In this document: in pieces, positions 24,344 to 44,300 of the stretch
Numbering within the stretch: position 1 is the stretch's first letter
Layout of the letters: the number at the start of each line of letters is the position of its first letter
Assembly (NCBI GenBank): GCA_043228905.1
Contig: JBHGNT010000030.1
Coordinates: forward strand, 124,001-188,000
Direction: 5' to 3'
DNA from: Azolla caroliniana
Taxonomy: Eukaryota; Plantae; Polypodiophyta
Length of the DNA: 64,000 nucleotides
Notes under the pieces: model-generated
Told to the model about the DNA's origin: nothing
Database searches by the model: none
What the model saw: the letters and a program-made list of their open reading frames with translations, nothing else
Translations under genes and position numbers: made by a program

Positions 24344-25147
24344 TGACGGGAACTGATCGTTCCTTATGCGCAACGCTTGGCCACAACCGAGATTCTTTTC
24401 ATACACAGAAAACGAGAAATGAAGCGCGACACAAAGGAGAGGAAGATACACAGGAGGTTAACGTGGAAAATCCCAAACTAGGGAAAAAAAACCACGGCAG
24501 CCCACAGGCTGCAAACTGTCACTATGTATGAATGTACAAAACAGTGAGTTCACGGAGGCAACGACCTCGGACTCACGATCTTCGCCACAGGCAGCGGTTA
24601 CAACAGAGGCAACGACCTCTTTCTCTCTCTCTCTCTCTCTCTGTACAGTTACGCACACTAATCTCGTGTAATACAGAAAAATGACAACAACAAAACAATA
24701 TTAGTTTGCCCTAAGTCATATTTATACTAATATGACTTTTCGGCTATTTACAAATATAGCCACAATGGGCTCTCAGAAACATATTTACGAATATGTCTCT
24801 TCCTCCGGTTCATACCGGGTCTGCACCATCCGGCTCTCCGTAGCCGGGTACTCCTCATCCGGTTCGTACCGAGCCTGCACCATCCGGCTCTCCGTAGCCG
24901 GGTACTCCTCATCCAGTTCATACCGGGCCTGCATCATCCGGCTCTCCGTAGTCGGGTACTCCTCATCCGGTTCATACCGGGTCTGCATCATTCGGCTCTC
25001 CGTAGCCGGGTACTCCTCATCCGGTTCATACCGGGTCTGCATCATCCGGCTCTCCGTAGCCGGGTCCACCTCATACGATTTCGGTCGTAGTCTGTTCATC
25101 GGCACTGTTCTTCCCCCTTCCCATCCGGAGGGACCTGTCTCCCAACA
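24344..25147 (-). mobile_element. Solo LTR of an unrelated element inserted in the copia gag, 5-bp TSD GGAGG
   Basis: TG..CA ends, GGAGG on both sides; removal restores gag ARENPPS|FFDLQSMLLVEE. Orientation is inferred. Confidence 0.88.
24805..25074. repeat. Five tandem copies of a 54-bp unit inside the solo LTR
   Basis: Unit CCGGTTCATACCGGGTCTGCACCATCCGGCTCTCCGTAGCCGGGTACTCCTCAT starts at 24805, 24859, 24913, 24967 and 25021. Confidence 0.95.
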
Positions 25148-25953
25148 GGAGGGTGGATTCTCCCGTGCTAGTACGGCGGTCCGCATCGCGCCGAATCGTG
25201 GTGCAAGGCCGCCGAGGCATATTTGCACCATCTCATCATCGTCCACATTGACGCTTATCGAACCGAGTGAGTCGCAAAGCTCCTTGATCTTCAAGGTATA
25301 GCTTGTAATGGACATATCTCGTTGTTAAATGTTATTCAACTCTTGGGGAAGTTGAAGCTTTCTCGCAGTCGTGTTGGCGGCGAAAATCTTTCTTTATGTT
25401 CTCCCACGCCTCTTTAGACGTATTGGTGTCTCGAATGTGGCTAAGCATATGGTCGTGGACACATGTTGCCAAACAATACATTACCCGACTCACTCCTTGC
25501 TCCCACGTTGGGTAGTTGGTGTTTGTGTTGTCGAGCTTGTTCTCGAGTGCGCCATTGATGTAACTCCAATACCCTTGGCCGACAAGGTATTGGGTCATCT
25601 TGTACTCCCAAGATGAATAATTGCTCCGGTCTAGTTTTTCACTAGGGAGCGAGCTACCCATTTGTGTGTTCATTTTGTTGTTGTGTCTTCCTTTTTGGCT
25701 CTTCTTCCTTCCTCTCATAGATGTGCTACATGGCGGCACTACGGTAGCGGATGGCCGGAATTTGTCGTCGGCATTTCGAACACACAATCACGAAGAGTTG
25801 GGTGGGCTTAGTGAATATGCTAAACCACACGCTCTGATACCATGTTAAGGATTAGGTAATTAATTAAGGAATAATTATTACCTAATTATATGATTAAGTT
25901 AAGCGGAAGATTATGTGATATGTGTGTGTATGTGTGTGAGAGGAAGAGAGAGT

Positions 25954-25995
<42 letters not shown>

Positions 25996-26709
25996 TGAAT
26001 AACACAAGATGGGGGATGAGTAAACTAGAGTGTATATTATAAAACATCATCAAATCTAAAAATACCCATAATGAGGTATATATACATCTCATGTGCAAAA
26101 GTGCACAGGTTGAGTAGAATATAGGTACTAATGTGTAAGTCCTATATTAAATGTACTTAGGAGTGGAGGATCTAGAATATCCCACTAAGTACAAGGTCCT
26201 ATTTAAGGCGTTATAGTCAACACTTCTAACTAGATTCTATCTAGGTAACTACGAAGTTACATTGTTGACTAACTAACTAAACTAAGTTGAGCTTGATCTC
26301 TCAACATGAGTATTCGAGGAGATATTTCAAAAGAGCATTCATCATATGTTGAAAAATTGTTTGCACATTTATAAGACTAAATGACATAACTATGTATTGG
26401 AAATGTCCATAGTGCAAAATGAAAAATTTCCACTCATCCTAAAGATGTATCCAAACAAGTATATGCAACTTAAAGGATCTAACTCCATGAAGCAGTTAGC
26501 CCCATTGAAACTCTCCAATAGAATCTCGATCAATTGTGTAACCTTATTCAATCCTTCATAAGCAAGAACCAAACAAAGAGAATCTTCTTTCCTCTTAAAG
26601 AAGAAGAAGATAAGTGTGCCAAAAGGGAATCTTAGAATGCCTATTAAATCCATTCATCGAATTCTCATTGGTGTACCCTCCGAGGACTTGAAGCTTCTAT
26701 GGTGAGAGA

Positions 26710-27550
26710 CATAGATTGAAATATTCGCATTCGTGGGGCCTGCCCCACGAATCCATACGAATAGGAATACGAATACACGTAAATATATTCGTTTTCTTCT
26801 TTTTTTTGAAATTAAATAATAAATAATAAATAAAATTGTGTTTTATTTACGAGCGAGTGAATAGTGGCCAACAAGAAGCGAAGACGCCTCACCCTACTCC
26901 CTGTGCGTGCTACTTACACCCTCGCTTCCCTCTATATCCTGTTCTCGGCCAGAAATTAGGGTTTCAACAAAAAACCCTAATTTCTGTCATAATCCTAATT
27001 TCGACAAAATTTCTTCTTTTCAGCCTGCATCATCGACTCCCTCTCATGCTCTACCTAATCCTACATCCTGTTGTCCGCTGCAAATTCAGAGTTTCACTGA
27101 AACCCTAAGTTTTGCCAAAGCCCTAATTAATTAATTATTAATGTGTTAATGAATTAAGATATGTATTTGTAAATTAATTAATGTATTAGTGAATCAATTA
27201 ATGTTTAAGTGAATTAATTAGTTAATAGTAAATTAATTATTATATTAATGAGTTAATTAATTATTGATGTATGTCTGTGTACACATATATGTATGTGTGT
27301 GTATATGTATCTATGTATGTGTGTGTATATGTATCTATGTATGTGTGTATATATGTATGTATGTGTGTGTGTGTATATGTATATATATGTTTGTGTATGT
27401 GTGTATATATGTATGTGTATGTATGTGTGTGTGTATATGTATATGTAAACAAATGGTTTTATAATATTCTTAGGGCCATTTTCTATTCTCGAATACCACG
27501 AATATTACGGATGTCGAATCTCAAGAATATCACGCATGGGTCAATCTATG
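26710..27550. mobile_element. Non-autonomous hAT element (MITE)
   Basis: TIR CATAGATTGA/TCAATCTATG, perfect 8-bp TSD GTGAGAGA, AT-rich interior with a TG/TATG microsatellite. Confidence 0.9.
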
Positions 27551-29262
27551 GTGAGAGAATATACATTGTGCCCGTGGTAGCTCTTTCCTAGGTTGCATAC
27601 CTATATGGCCGTTTTACCATCAATGTTGGGGAGCATGCTAGCCTTAACCTTATTAAAGACATATGCGAACTCTTGAAACTTTGTTGGTGGTTGGATATTG
27701 GACATTATCCCAATGCCCTAGATTATTGCAAGATAGCTACAAGAAAACCTAGGAAAGACAAAGGCCATGATCTTCCACATCCACACTTATTCGTCAACAA
27801 GATGTCACCACCCTATCAAAAGGCCAACTTGAATTTGTTGATTCCTAATTGAGGATTCACATTTAAAAGCACAAGTGGGTGAAAGAATCAATTCTTTTTA
27901 TGGACATTCTAAGTAGTTGACACATTTCAAAGTTTAACGAGAGCTTTCACATTGTCCCTATTTTTCTCCATGTCAATCTAGTCAAGATATTCTTCATGGA
28001 AGTTAATATATTTGATTTTGTTATTGGAAGCATCTTGTTGGAGGTTGAGAATGAGGCCAACTATATCTAGTCACATTTTATTCACGAAAATTCATAAATG
28101 CAAAAACCAATTGTAAAGTTCATGAGAAGGAGCTTTTGGCCAGTTTGTTCTTTTGACTATGACACCATTTCTTGGAGGGTTCTAACTTCTCCCTAGTAAT
28201 CGTTGTCGATAATGATGACGAGGTCCTAAAATAAAATACTCACAAAATTCTTGACTTCTAGATTGATAACAAGCACATCGGGCATAGTTTCACTTGCATT
28301 TCAATTTTGTGCCCACATATCAACAAGAAAAAGGAGATGTGCTATACGGATACTCCTATCTAACAATTGCCAAGAGAGCTAGTTTTTTATCATCATAAGC
28401 AAGCTCTCTTCAGCCTTGATTGACTATTGATAATGTTGGGGGCTTTGTCTTCCATGCACCCACAAATTTGTGCATTCCAAAGATCATTCCATGTTTGCAT
28501 TCAATTCATGTTTTTTCTTGCTCTAAGAATTTTCGTAAGGACTATGAGAAATTTAGTAGATGTGAGGAGTTGCTCTTTAACATGTTCTTGATAGCCCATC
28601 TCATTTTCAAGGTCTGTTGTATTGTCATGACCCTTAGTCAAATTGCTTGTTATATTGAACTGAGCTCTCAGTAACATTTGGAGATCGCTTATGCACATTT
28701 TTCATTTTCAAGAAGCAATCTCCAAATTAACTCTCCTTTCTTGAAGTGGGAATTCAGCAACCACCACTTACGAAGCAAAGAAACTTCTATACCACTACTC
28801 CATGTTCTGTGGTATACATGATAGCATGCATCAGACTAATATTGTAACTATGTGATTGCATTCAGTGATTTAGAGAATTCAGCATCGAAATTCGTTTTTT
28901 TTCAATACTGGATTCGGCTACTTTCACAATAATGGAATGCAGGTAAACAAATGCTTTCAGGGATATACTAAATATCATACATAAATTTGGTTCCTCTATA
29001 CACCTTTTCCAACACCAACTCAAGGTTATATCATGGCTCAGAATAGGATAAATTTTCCTTCCTATTTTGAGGAGAAATTTTTAAATAGTCTCAATTATTT
29101 CAATTCATTAAGTACACATAAAAAAATAGTAAAAAACATTAATAATTAGCTTCTATTCTTATTCTTACTCCATAATAATAGCAACAAGAGGACATGGTTC
29201 GGTTCATCAAAGTCATAATTATACATATGGCACAGAGACTAGAAAGAAGAAACAAAGTTTCC

Positions 29263-36103
<6,841 letters not shown>

Positions 36104-37742
36104 GGTCAAACCAATCGATATAAAAAAAAATGTATCCTGTGCACTGCACGTCTTCGAGCTGATGGATCAAAACCAAAGGTCTTCTTCCTTTCTTCTTTCT
36201 TCTTTCTTCTTTCTTGGTCTGATTCTGCTTCTCCTTCGTCTTCAACAGATCTCTTGTTGTTATGCGTCGTCTTTCTTTTGATTCAAGCTATGGCGTCTGA
36301 GTCTGAGTCTGCGTCTGCGTTTTCGTCTGCGTCTTTGTCTTCTGCTTCTGATTCAATTAGGTTTTCTTCAATTACTTAATTTTGTTTGTCTCATTTGCAG
36401 GTAGGCCATGCAAAAAAGTCATATGTATATATACATTATACATATATAAAAGAATTAGAGATGCTAACCAAATCAAATTGTATAGTTTTAAATCTTTTAT
36501 TCTAATAGTAGCACGTTATGTGGCTAAATCACAAATGTGAAAAAGGTTGATCCACATGAAAAAGAAAAAAATAGGGTCATAAAATCAACACGTTATGTGC
36601 CCTACTCAGTGCTCACAATGTGAAAATGTTTCCCTAGATATCCCTTCGAGACTATATAAAATCAACATAAAACGTGTGCTAAATCACAATGCCGAAAAAA
36701 AAAAGTAAGGCTTTCCGCTCCATGAGATTGTAAATTCTCCCAACGACACCAAACCCAATGTCATAAGAGTCTGATACCTCTTTTATAAGCCTCTCTTTCC
36801 GACCCGCTCACTCTGGATCCTTCTCCCAAAACACCTTTAACAATTACTGAAATGATAATGAACTTTATGACCACATAATCAATAGTAAGAAAGTCTCTAA
36901 GCAGTAGCTGCGAGCGTATATTACGAGTAATGTTGGGTTTAAATATTCCGTGTTGCACAAATATCCAATTTAACAAACAATTTGATTTAAGTAGAACGAT
37001 TTTTTGATCAACCAATGGTGGAGGGAATGCCATGGCGTATCACTTAGATCTACTAAAGTTGATCCATATCGAGGGGGTGAAGTTCTAGTGTACCAACCCC
37101 ACGTTGCAAATGGTACAAAAGAGGAGTTAACAACATATGTTTTACCTAAGAAACTATTTCTCAATGATAATTTTGAAATGCTCCATTAATGAACCCATAT
37201 GAAACAATAAAGTGTGAGAGACAATTACCTTGTACAAGAAGGAACAAAATAGACATTCATGCTCAATTGAATCCCCAAGACACCAACGATTTGTTAATTT
37301 GGCATCCAAAATACAGAAAGGTCAGGTTCCTTGACAAAGGATATACAATAGCTTTAATGTCACAGACTCACAACTTATGTCCAGACCTATTTTTTGCATA
37401 GTTTCCAAGATGTAATCCCATTGGACATTATCAATAGTGGCATATATTTGAGAGGTGCATATTTTACATACTTCATGCTATCACAAGTGTTTTAGAATAT
37501 TATCTTCGTTGTATCTCCTTGGGACAACATTTATGCCACATGGAAAACAATGATAAAGGACATCCTTAATACAATTATCACTAAACTTTGTAGAACGTTT
37601 ATCACTTGTTTCTTGTAGTATTATGCATCATTGAGAGGGACAAGAAAAGAAAGTCGCCCTTTAAATGCCAATTATAAACCAAGAAAAGAAAGATCACACA
37701 TATAAATGTTGATTAAAGGACCAAGAAAAGAAAGATCACCCA

Positions 37743-38908
37743 CAGGGCCTGAATTTGATGGGTTAGTATAAAAGTTTTTTGATAGGCATTTTTTAAAGAT
37801 GTATGTCATATGACACAAGAGTGCAAAAACTAACATGTCATTTGACATACAAATTTTAATAATGAAGAGGTTTGTAACCACTCCAACGACGCGGTCACTG
37901 CCCGTTTGCACTTTTGGCAGAAATGGCGGAACACACCTATGGTGATGCAAGGCGGGAGTGGCCCGAGATGGAACTACCAACCCCCACGTTGGTTGTTTCC
38001 TACTCACCTGCCACCCTCTCTTCGTTGTAGGCCCCAAGAGCCGACTCGTACTAGGCAACATTGAAGGGCATCATCGCCTTGGATATAGGTAGCTTCTTAC
38101 ATTAAGTTAGGCCGCAAGGCATTGTAAGTAGGCTCATCTTCTTTTACTTGATCGGAGGAAGACTCCCCAATGTGTGTATAAGTCTCTTTGTAGACTCTCT
38201 ATGTAATAATCCTTCCTAACTAATGGGAAAGTAGCTTCATTTTGAAAAAAAATAAAATAATGAAAGTTCTATATGATGCTTTACCAATTTTAATAATGAA
38301 AGTTCTATATGATGCTTCATTTGTTATACAATTCATTACTATAGAAAGTGCACAAAGATGCACAAATAAACAAAGATAATGAAATACATAAAATTAATAT
38401 CATGTTAATGTTTTTACTAATAAGTATGAAAAAAGGTTAGTAAAAATTTAGTTTTAACTTAAAATTTTATGCAAGTAAAAAAATTTAGTTTTAACTTAAA
38501 ACTTAAAAAATTAAAATCAAACCTAGAGCTATACACTCTTGAAGTATGTAAAGGTTATTGTTTAAAATTTCAATCAAATTTCAACTAATATTATTAGTAA
38601 AGAAATTAAGAATAAAAATTGGAGAATACATACAATTATTACATGATAATGATATTATTTTAAGCGTGTTATAGTATTAATATATTATAATACACACTTC
38701 ATATCTATAATAAGTGACATATGTATATGTATATAATATATATGACATGGAAAATAGAATTTTAACATGTCATTTGACATGCATAATTTGTAGCTGCCTT
38801 TCGCATGAAAAATGGATATTTAAACTTTATATGTCACTTGACGGGCATTTTTATTATGTGTATGTTTTTAATGGGCAAAATGGGCATGCCCGTCAAATTC
38901 TTGCCCTA
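37743..38908. mobile_element. Non-autonomous hAT element
   Basis: TIRs CAGGGCCTGAATTTGATGGG vs TAGGGCAAGAATTTGACGGG; perfect 8-bp TSD ATCACCCA. Confidence 0.88.
37867..38255 (+). mobile_element. Short 5'-truncated retroposed insertion (probable L1 3' end) nested in the hAT element
   Basis: GC-richer island ending in an A-rich tail, TSD AATAATGAA; reading frame LHFWQKW..PRWNYQPPRWLFP then a stop. Confidence 0.7.
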
Positions 38909-40786
38909 ATCACCCATGTAAATTTAGTGGATATTTGTTATGATTTCATAAATCGCACATAAAAGAAAGATGATTGGAAGGAGGGAAGGATAAGGACACA
39001 TGCAACTTAGTGGATGAACTTGTGAGAAGAACTATCCACAAGATAATCAAGGCCCACACATTAAAAGACATGCAAATTAATAAATGACAAAGGTCTCATT
39101 ATTATTTCATCCCAAGGGGAGAAGCTTGGAGATAGTATGAAAAAGAAAGCCAAAGGAAACATGAAGAAATAGACCAAAGCTAGGCAAAAAGGGTGGAGCC
39201 CATGACATGGTGTGACTTTTTGCAATTAGGCAAAACTACAAGTTGTGTGGGTATGAACTTTGTGTTGAGAAAACTTATTCTTGTAAGTTGTGTTAACTAT
39301 TATCTCCCTCTAATGAGAGATACGTGGGACTACATATGATAAAAGACAATAAGTGGTTGTTGTACAACTTCTAAATGAAGGCATAATTCCTCCTTGAGCC
39401 ACCCACAATTTTTTATGCATTTTAGTCATGTAGTTGCATACAGTTAACTAAGTAAACACTAATATGAGACCTCCTTGGTGAAATCAGGTCATGCATCAAT
39501 ACTATGTTTGGAGCCATCAAACTTTTATGATTTCTATCATATGAGCACAGTCTATGAAAATTTGGGTTATAATTCATGTGATCGTAGTCTTATTTTGAGG
39601 TTGCTACCAATGAATGGCTTTCTAGACAGGAAGTGGACCTACATACCTAGATAGGAAAAATTAATTGTATGCATTTACCTTTCTCACTAGTAATATTTGA
39701 CTTCTTTTGAAACTCAACTTTGTTTATTCAACTGATTCACAACTTGCCCCATCATTTGAAGGGGTGTTTCTTTCACGATGGCTAAAGCAAAACATTATAA
39801 CTATACACTCGTGCACTCAACTCACATATGTTCAAATTTACACCATGCTCCTTGAATTTTTACCCCTTTGAACCTTAATTAAACATTCATCTACCTCTGG
39901 ATACTATTATCAATTGTGGCCTCAAGAGGCACAAAACGAATCCATCCATTTACACGTAATATGTTGGGAGTTATGTCTCAGGGTTGACTAATGGGCTTGG
40001 GTGAACCTTTTTCATAGAAGAGAAGATCATGTTTAGCTCTAGGCATACCAACATTACAGACTACCATTACTCCATGAGGATATGTAGGTGTACTTCAAGG
40101 TACAAAAACAGTGTGATAGGATCAAAGTAGAGTGATGTCCCAAATGATCTCTTTGATACTGCAAACCATTCTAAATAATAAGTAGACATAGGCATGTTTG
40201 CCTTGCATGATTCTCTTCATGTAAAGCAACCAAGATGTAGCAACTTTATTTGACAATGGCTCTACACAATTTCATTATGTTGAATGATTTAGTAAAATGT
40301 GTTACTAGGTAGTTTGCTTGTTTCTTGCAAGGCATATAAGTATTCACTTAAGTTCCTTGAAAGTTACTTTCAACCTTTCACGTTTGAAAACATGGCACAA
40401 TTACTTATGCATATCTTGGTTCTTGCTTCACTGTGCATGATCGAAAAACTAAAATTATGAAGAACAAAAATCTCAAGAGATTTATAAGAAGACTTCAAGT
40501 AATCTTATATGAACCAACATAAAATCATATAACCTGACACTAGGGATGCTTAAAGTTCTCTTAGATGTAACTATAATCTGACTAAAAAAAGCAATAGTAA
40601 CAACAAACTAATAGAAGCCCACTGACGAGCAAAACATTTTGTACACTATTAGTTATTATATGAAAGTGATAAGAGCATAGAAAGATAAATCTATAATTCC
40701 ACTGAATAAGAAAGAAGCTTACTGTAAGTTGCTTGACTAACACAAGACCTGACAAAATATTCATATAAATCAACCAGCTTGCAAAG

Positions 40787-40818
<32 letters not shown>

Positions 40819-40898
40819 TAATTACAATATGCAGGTGCTAAGGGCATAGAGAAAATAATAATCCCTAGTACAATATTTGTATATATACTTCTACCTCG

Positions 40899-41102
40899 AT
40901 TAGTAGTATATGCCAGTAAAGTTTCATTTTGTACTTTTCAGACATAAAAATGCACAACATCATTCTTTATTACATAAAACATAGTCTTGTTTACAATCAA
41001 TTAGTAGTATATGCCAGTAAAGTTTCGTTTTGTACTTTTGCATACATCAAAATGCACAATATCATTCTTTATTACATAAAACATAGTCTTGTTTACAATC
41101 AA
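40899..41102. repeat. ~101-bp tandem duplication downstream of the Rab7 stop codon
   Basis: ATTAGTAGTATATGCCAGTAAAGTTTC...CATAGTCTTGTTTACAATCA occurs twice. Confidence 0.9.
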
Positions 41103-41318
41103 TACCGTGATCACAGGCTCCACAGAAAAATCACCCACCACTAGATCTTACAATTAAATCAAGAATAAAAGCACAAGACTCTGACAGAAGAAGACCCTGG
41201 TACCTATCTTATAGAACTCGATTCGCTTAGAATAAAAAACCCATAAAATGAATGGGTCATTGATATACATATTTTGTGTCCCCGATCATTTGATAAACTT
41301 GATTCATTATGATTCCAG

Positions 41319-44300
41319 CTAGCATTCACATGTTGATGTCCTCGGACTTGGTGTTCGTGAAACATCTATAGTTTCGGGAATGTATCTGCAATCAGAAGCA
41401 AAATATGAGATTGAAATAAGTTCTGGCTTAAATAATGAAGTCACCTACTAGAAATCAATAATGAAAAACATATCCATGTTGTCTGTTATTATTAAGGGAC
41501 AAAATAGCTAACAGAAGAACTAAGACAAATAGGCTAACAAAATCTATGAGACACATCCATGGCCCAAAGCAAAATAAATGTTGTGCTTAACCTAATAGTA
41601 ACTTTGACACAAATATTCAAAATTAAATATGTAATATATCCATATAATATTTATTCTTGCCATAACAAATAAATCCTAAATATACGGGGGGGGGGGGGGG
41701 GGGGGAGAACACCAAAGTACCCCTGAGTTTCATTTTATTTCTTCAGTTAATGAACCTAATTTTTTATTATTTTTTAAATGCCCTTCATCAACCCACACCT
41801 GACAGAACTGTTGAAAAGGCAAATTATTTATTAAAATTATGTTGCCAAGCCATCTCCCTTTCTCCCAATCATATGTGCTATTTGAGCAGGGTCACTTAAT
41901 AGAAAAACTAAATTCAGGGCATTTGGGGAAATAAAGAAAAACTAAGGAATTCCTTAAACTTGAAGCTAGTTGAAACTTTGGCATTCCTCCCAATCTTCTA
42001 CATTGAGCGTCTGAATGGTAAAAATTGGACTTACATCTCTTCCTCGGTCTCATTTTTTAATGCATTTTTTGCAATACATTGAAATGCAGCATCCACATTC
42101 AGATCCTCCTTTGCAGAAGTTTCAAAGTAGGGTATGTTTCCCTTAGTAGCACACCAAGTTTTCGCCTTCTTCTCAGAAACCTACAGTATTATCCAATTTG
42201 AATATATCAAGTTAGAAAATTTTGAAAGTTACACTGATAATCTATGTGGGTAGGTGCACATACCACTCTACTATTACCACTATCTATATCCACTTTGTTT
42301 CCAAGCACCACAAACGGAAAATTATCAGGATCAGATGGATTTGCCTGTGCACAAAATACGAAAGCATTTAGCCCAGGAAACTTGGAAAGAGCTTACATAA
42401 ACAAAGGAACATGTACTTGCATACATGCAGACAGATATACATCCAAAATACTCATGATGATACATAGGTATATACATACATACATCGTACACAGATGAAA
42501 AATAGAAACAAACACAAATATATGCATGTGCAGATATGCAAACCATGGCACCTCACATATATATTACATATAGCATATCTATGTAAAATGTATGAACAGG
42601 TGTCATGTACAAAATTTCCTGCCTTATACGTACATATGAACATGACTATTTATAGTTGCAATTACATATGACTAATCAACCTGACATAAACACATGCATT
42701 CATTCAAATTTGCTTCTTTTGATTTGATTTCTATTTCATTTATTTACATTTGTATCATAGTTTCCAGCATGTGTTAAACATATCCAAGTTATGTGATGGA
42801 TATTAGATAGATAGATAGATATTTTTTAACATCCATAGAGAGGCCAATATTGACCCATAGGACCTAAGTACAAAAGTTATCTTGATGTGTGTCTCCTTCC
42901 TAAGATGGGATATTCATACTTTAAAGCACCAAGTCTCAGTGTGTGAATAAGGCATACACATATGAGCTCAACTTGCTAGGTGTTCTCTTTAGTATGATAC
43001 TCAAGTCATCACCTCCTCTTAATATATCATCATAGCTTTCACAAATTGCACTATATGCAGAGCATGTAAAACGGAAGTGATATTCATCCTCTACTAGCAT
43101 TTCCTTGCATACCTTACATGTCTTTATATTTGGCTGATTTTGATTCCATAATGCAACTTCAATACCTAGGTATTTTAATCAAGTGCGACGGAGTGTTAGG
43201 GATCTACAAGAGTTAATACTCATGTTAGCAATGAGGTAAGGTTGAATACGATCAATAGGCCTTCTTGCCTTGTATAGAACCCACCATTCAGGATTGATGC
43301 TTGCAATGTAATGTTCTAATTTTGTCCTTTTAGCATCTTTCCACTTCTTCCTTAGTGGGTCCATTAATCTTTCCCTAATAACTACATATTTTGTAGCATC
43401 ACTTCAAAACCTCTAGAGGATCTTCCACATCCCATCTTTTGAACCATTTTTTGATCTCAACAACCCAATCGGATGAGGGAATCTTGTTGTGATTCTTTTG
43501 TAGTTTACATCCAACATTCCAAGCAAGATGTGGTAATATATAATTTGGCATATTCTTCACTTTTTTAATGTATCTATATACTCTCTGTAGCGCCAATATG
43601 TCTATAGGTTGAACAACTATTTCCAAGAGCATAACTTGATAGGAGGTGGTGGATTTTACTCCCAATTGTCTCCTTAAAAACATCTTTTGAATCTTCTCAA
43701 TATCATTCCATGCATTAAGAAAGATAGTGCCTCCCCACACTTCTACTACATAAATCAAAACTTGTGTTACCATGGCATTAAATAACATTAGTTTCACTTC
43801 CCATCCATGAGTATCACTTTGGTTGCATTTATTTTCCAACATATAATAACTTTTCCAACCAACTTGAAGTCTAGACTCAAGGCATACACTCCATTTATTC
43901 GTTCGTAGTAGGTACATCGATACCAAGATACTTGTACATGTTCTCTGTTATATGTAAACATGGGGTATTGGTGAGGCTGAATGGTTCACATTACCATCAT
44001 TTTTGTTTATCCACATATACAGTTAGTCCACTACTTTGGCAAAATGCTTCTAATGCTCCAAGTAAACGTTGCACACCATCAACATCATATGAAAAGATAA
44101 CCACGTCATCTGCATATAAAAGCAATAAGAATCAATTTATCAATGGAGTGTTGACAGCGAGGAACACTTTGTGTGCAAGTGCCCAGCTCACAAGCACATG
44201 AGAGCGAAGTATGCCATAGGCCAATTCTGAGTTTCATCCCACCAATTAGAGATAGAAGCGAGGCAAGCATTTTGCATACCCGAGCTGACAGACTTTCCAA

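Larger units (their letters stand above)
21504..26306 (-). mobile_element. Ty1/copia element with gag-PR-INT but lacking RT/RNase H
   Basis: LTRs 21504-21934 and 25843-26306; tRNA-iMet PBS TGGTATCAGAGC (25831-25842); PPT at 21935-21947; gag KLDRSNYSSWEYKM; PR WFVDSGASNHMT; pre-integrase LWHKRIGH; integrase TPQQNGVAERKNR. TSD is imperfect (TTAAT/TGAGT). Confidence 0.93.
20340..28700 (-). mobile_element. Highly decayed Ty3/gypsy pol, interrupted by a copia, a MITE and a microsatellite
   Basis: RT start FFFKRKEDSLCLVLAYEGLNKVT (26390-26653); IVYLNDILIY just left of the copia (~21470-21500); QVDFLGYLVSQGGISMD (~21320-21380); weak RH/integrase traces to ~20400. Outer boundaries are approximate. 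Confidence 0.6.

Noticed and set aside
24732-25315. ORFs with 18-aa repeats; superficial CRISPR-like periodicity
   Set aside because: A 54-bp tandem array inside a solo LTR, with no unique spacers and a eukaryotic context; the open frame follows from the unit length being a multiple of 3.
38950-40300. Possible old retroelement debris (also ~47800-49400 and ~36800-37600)
   Set aside because: Too degenerate to call by eye.
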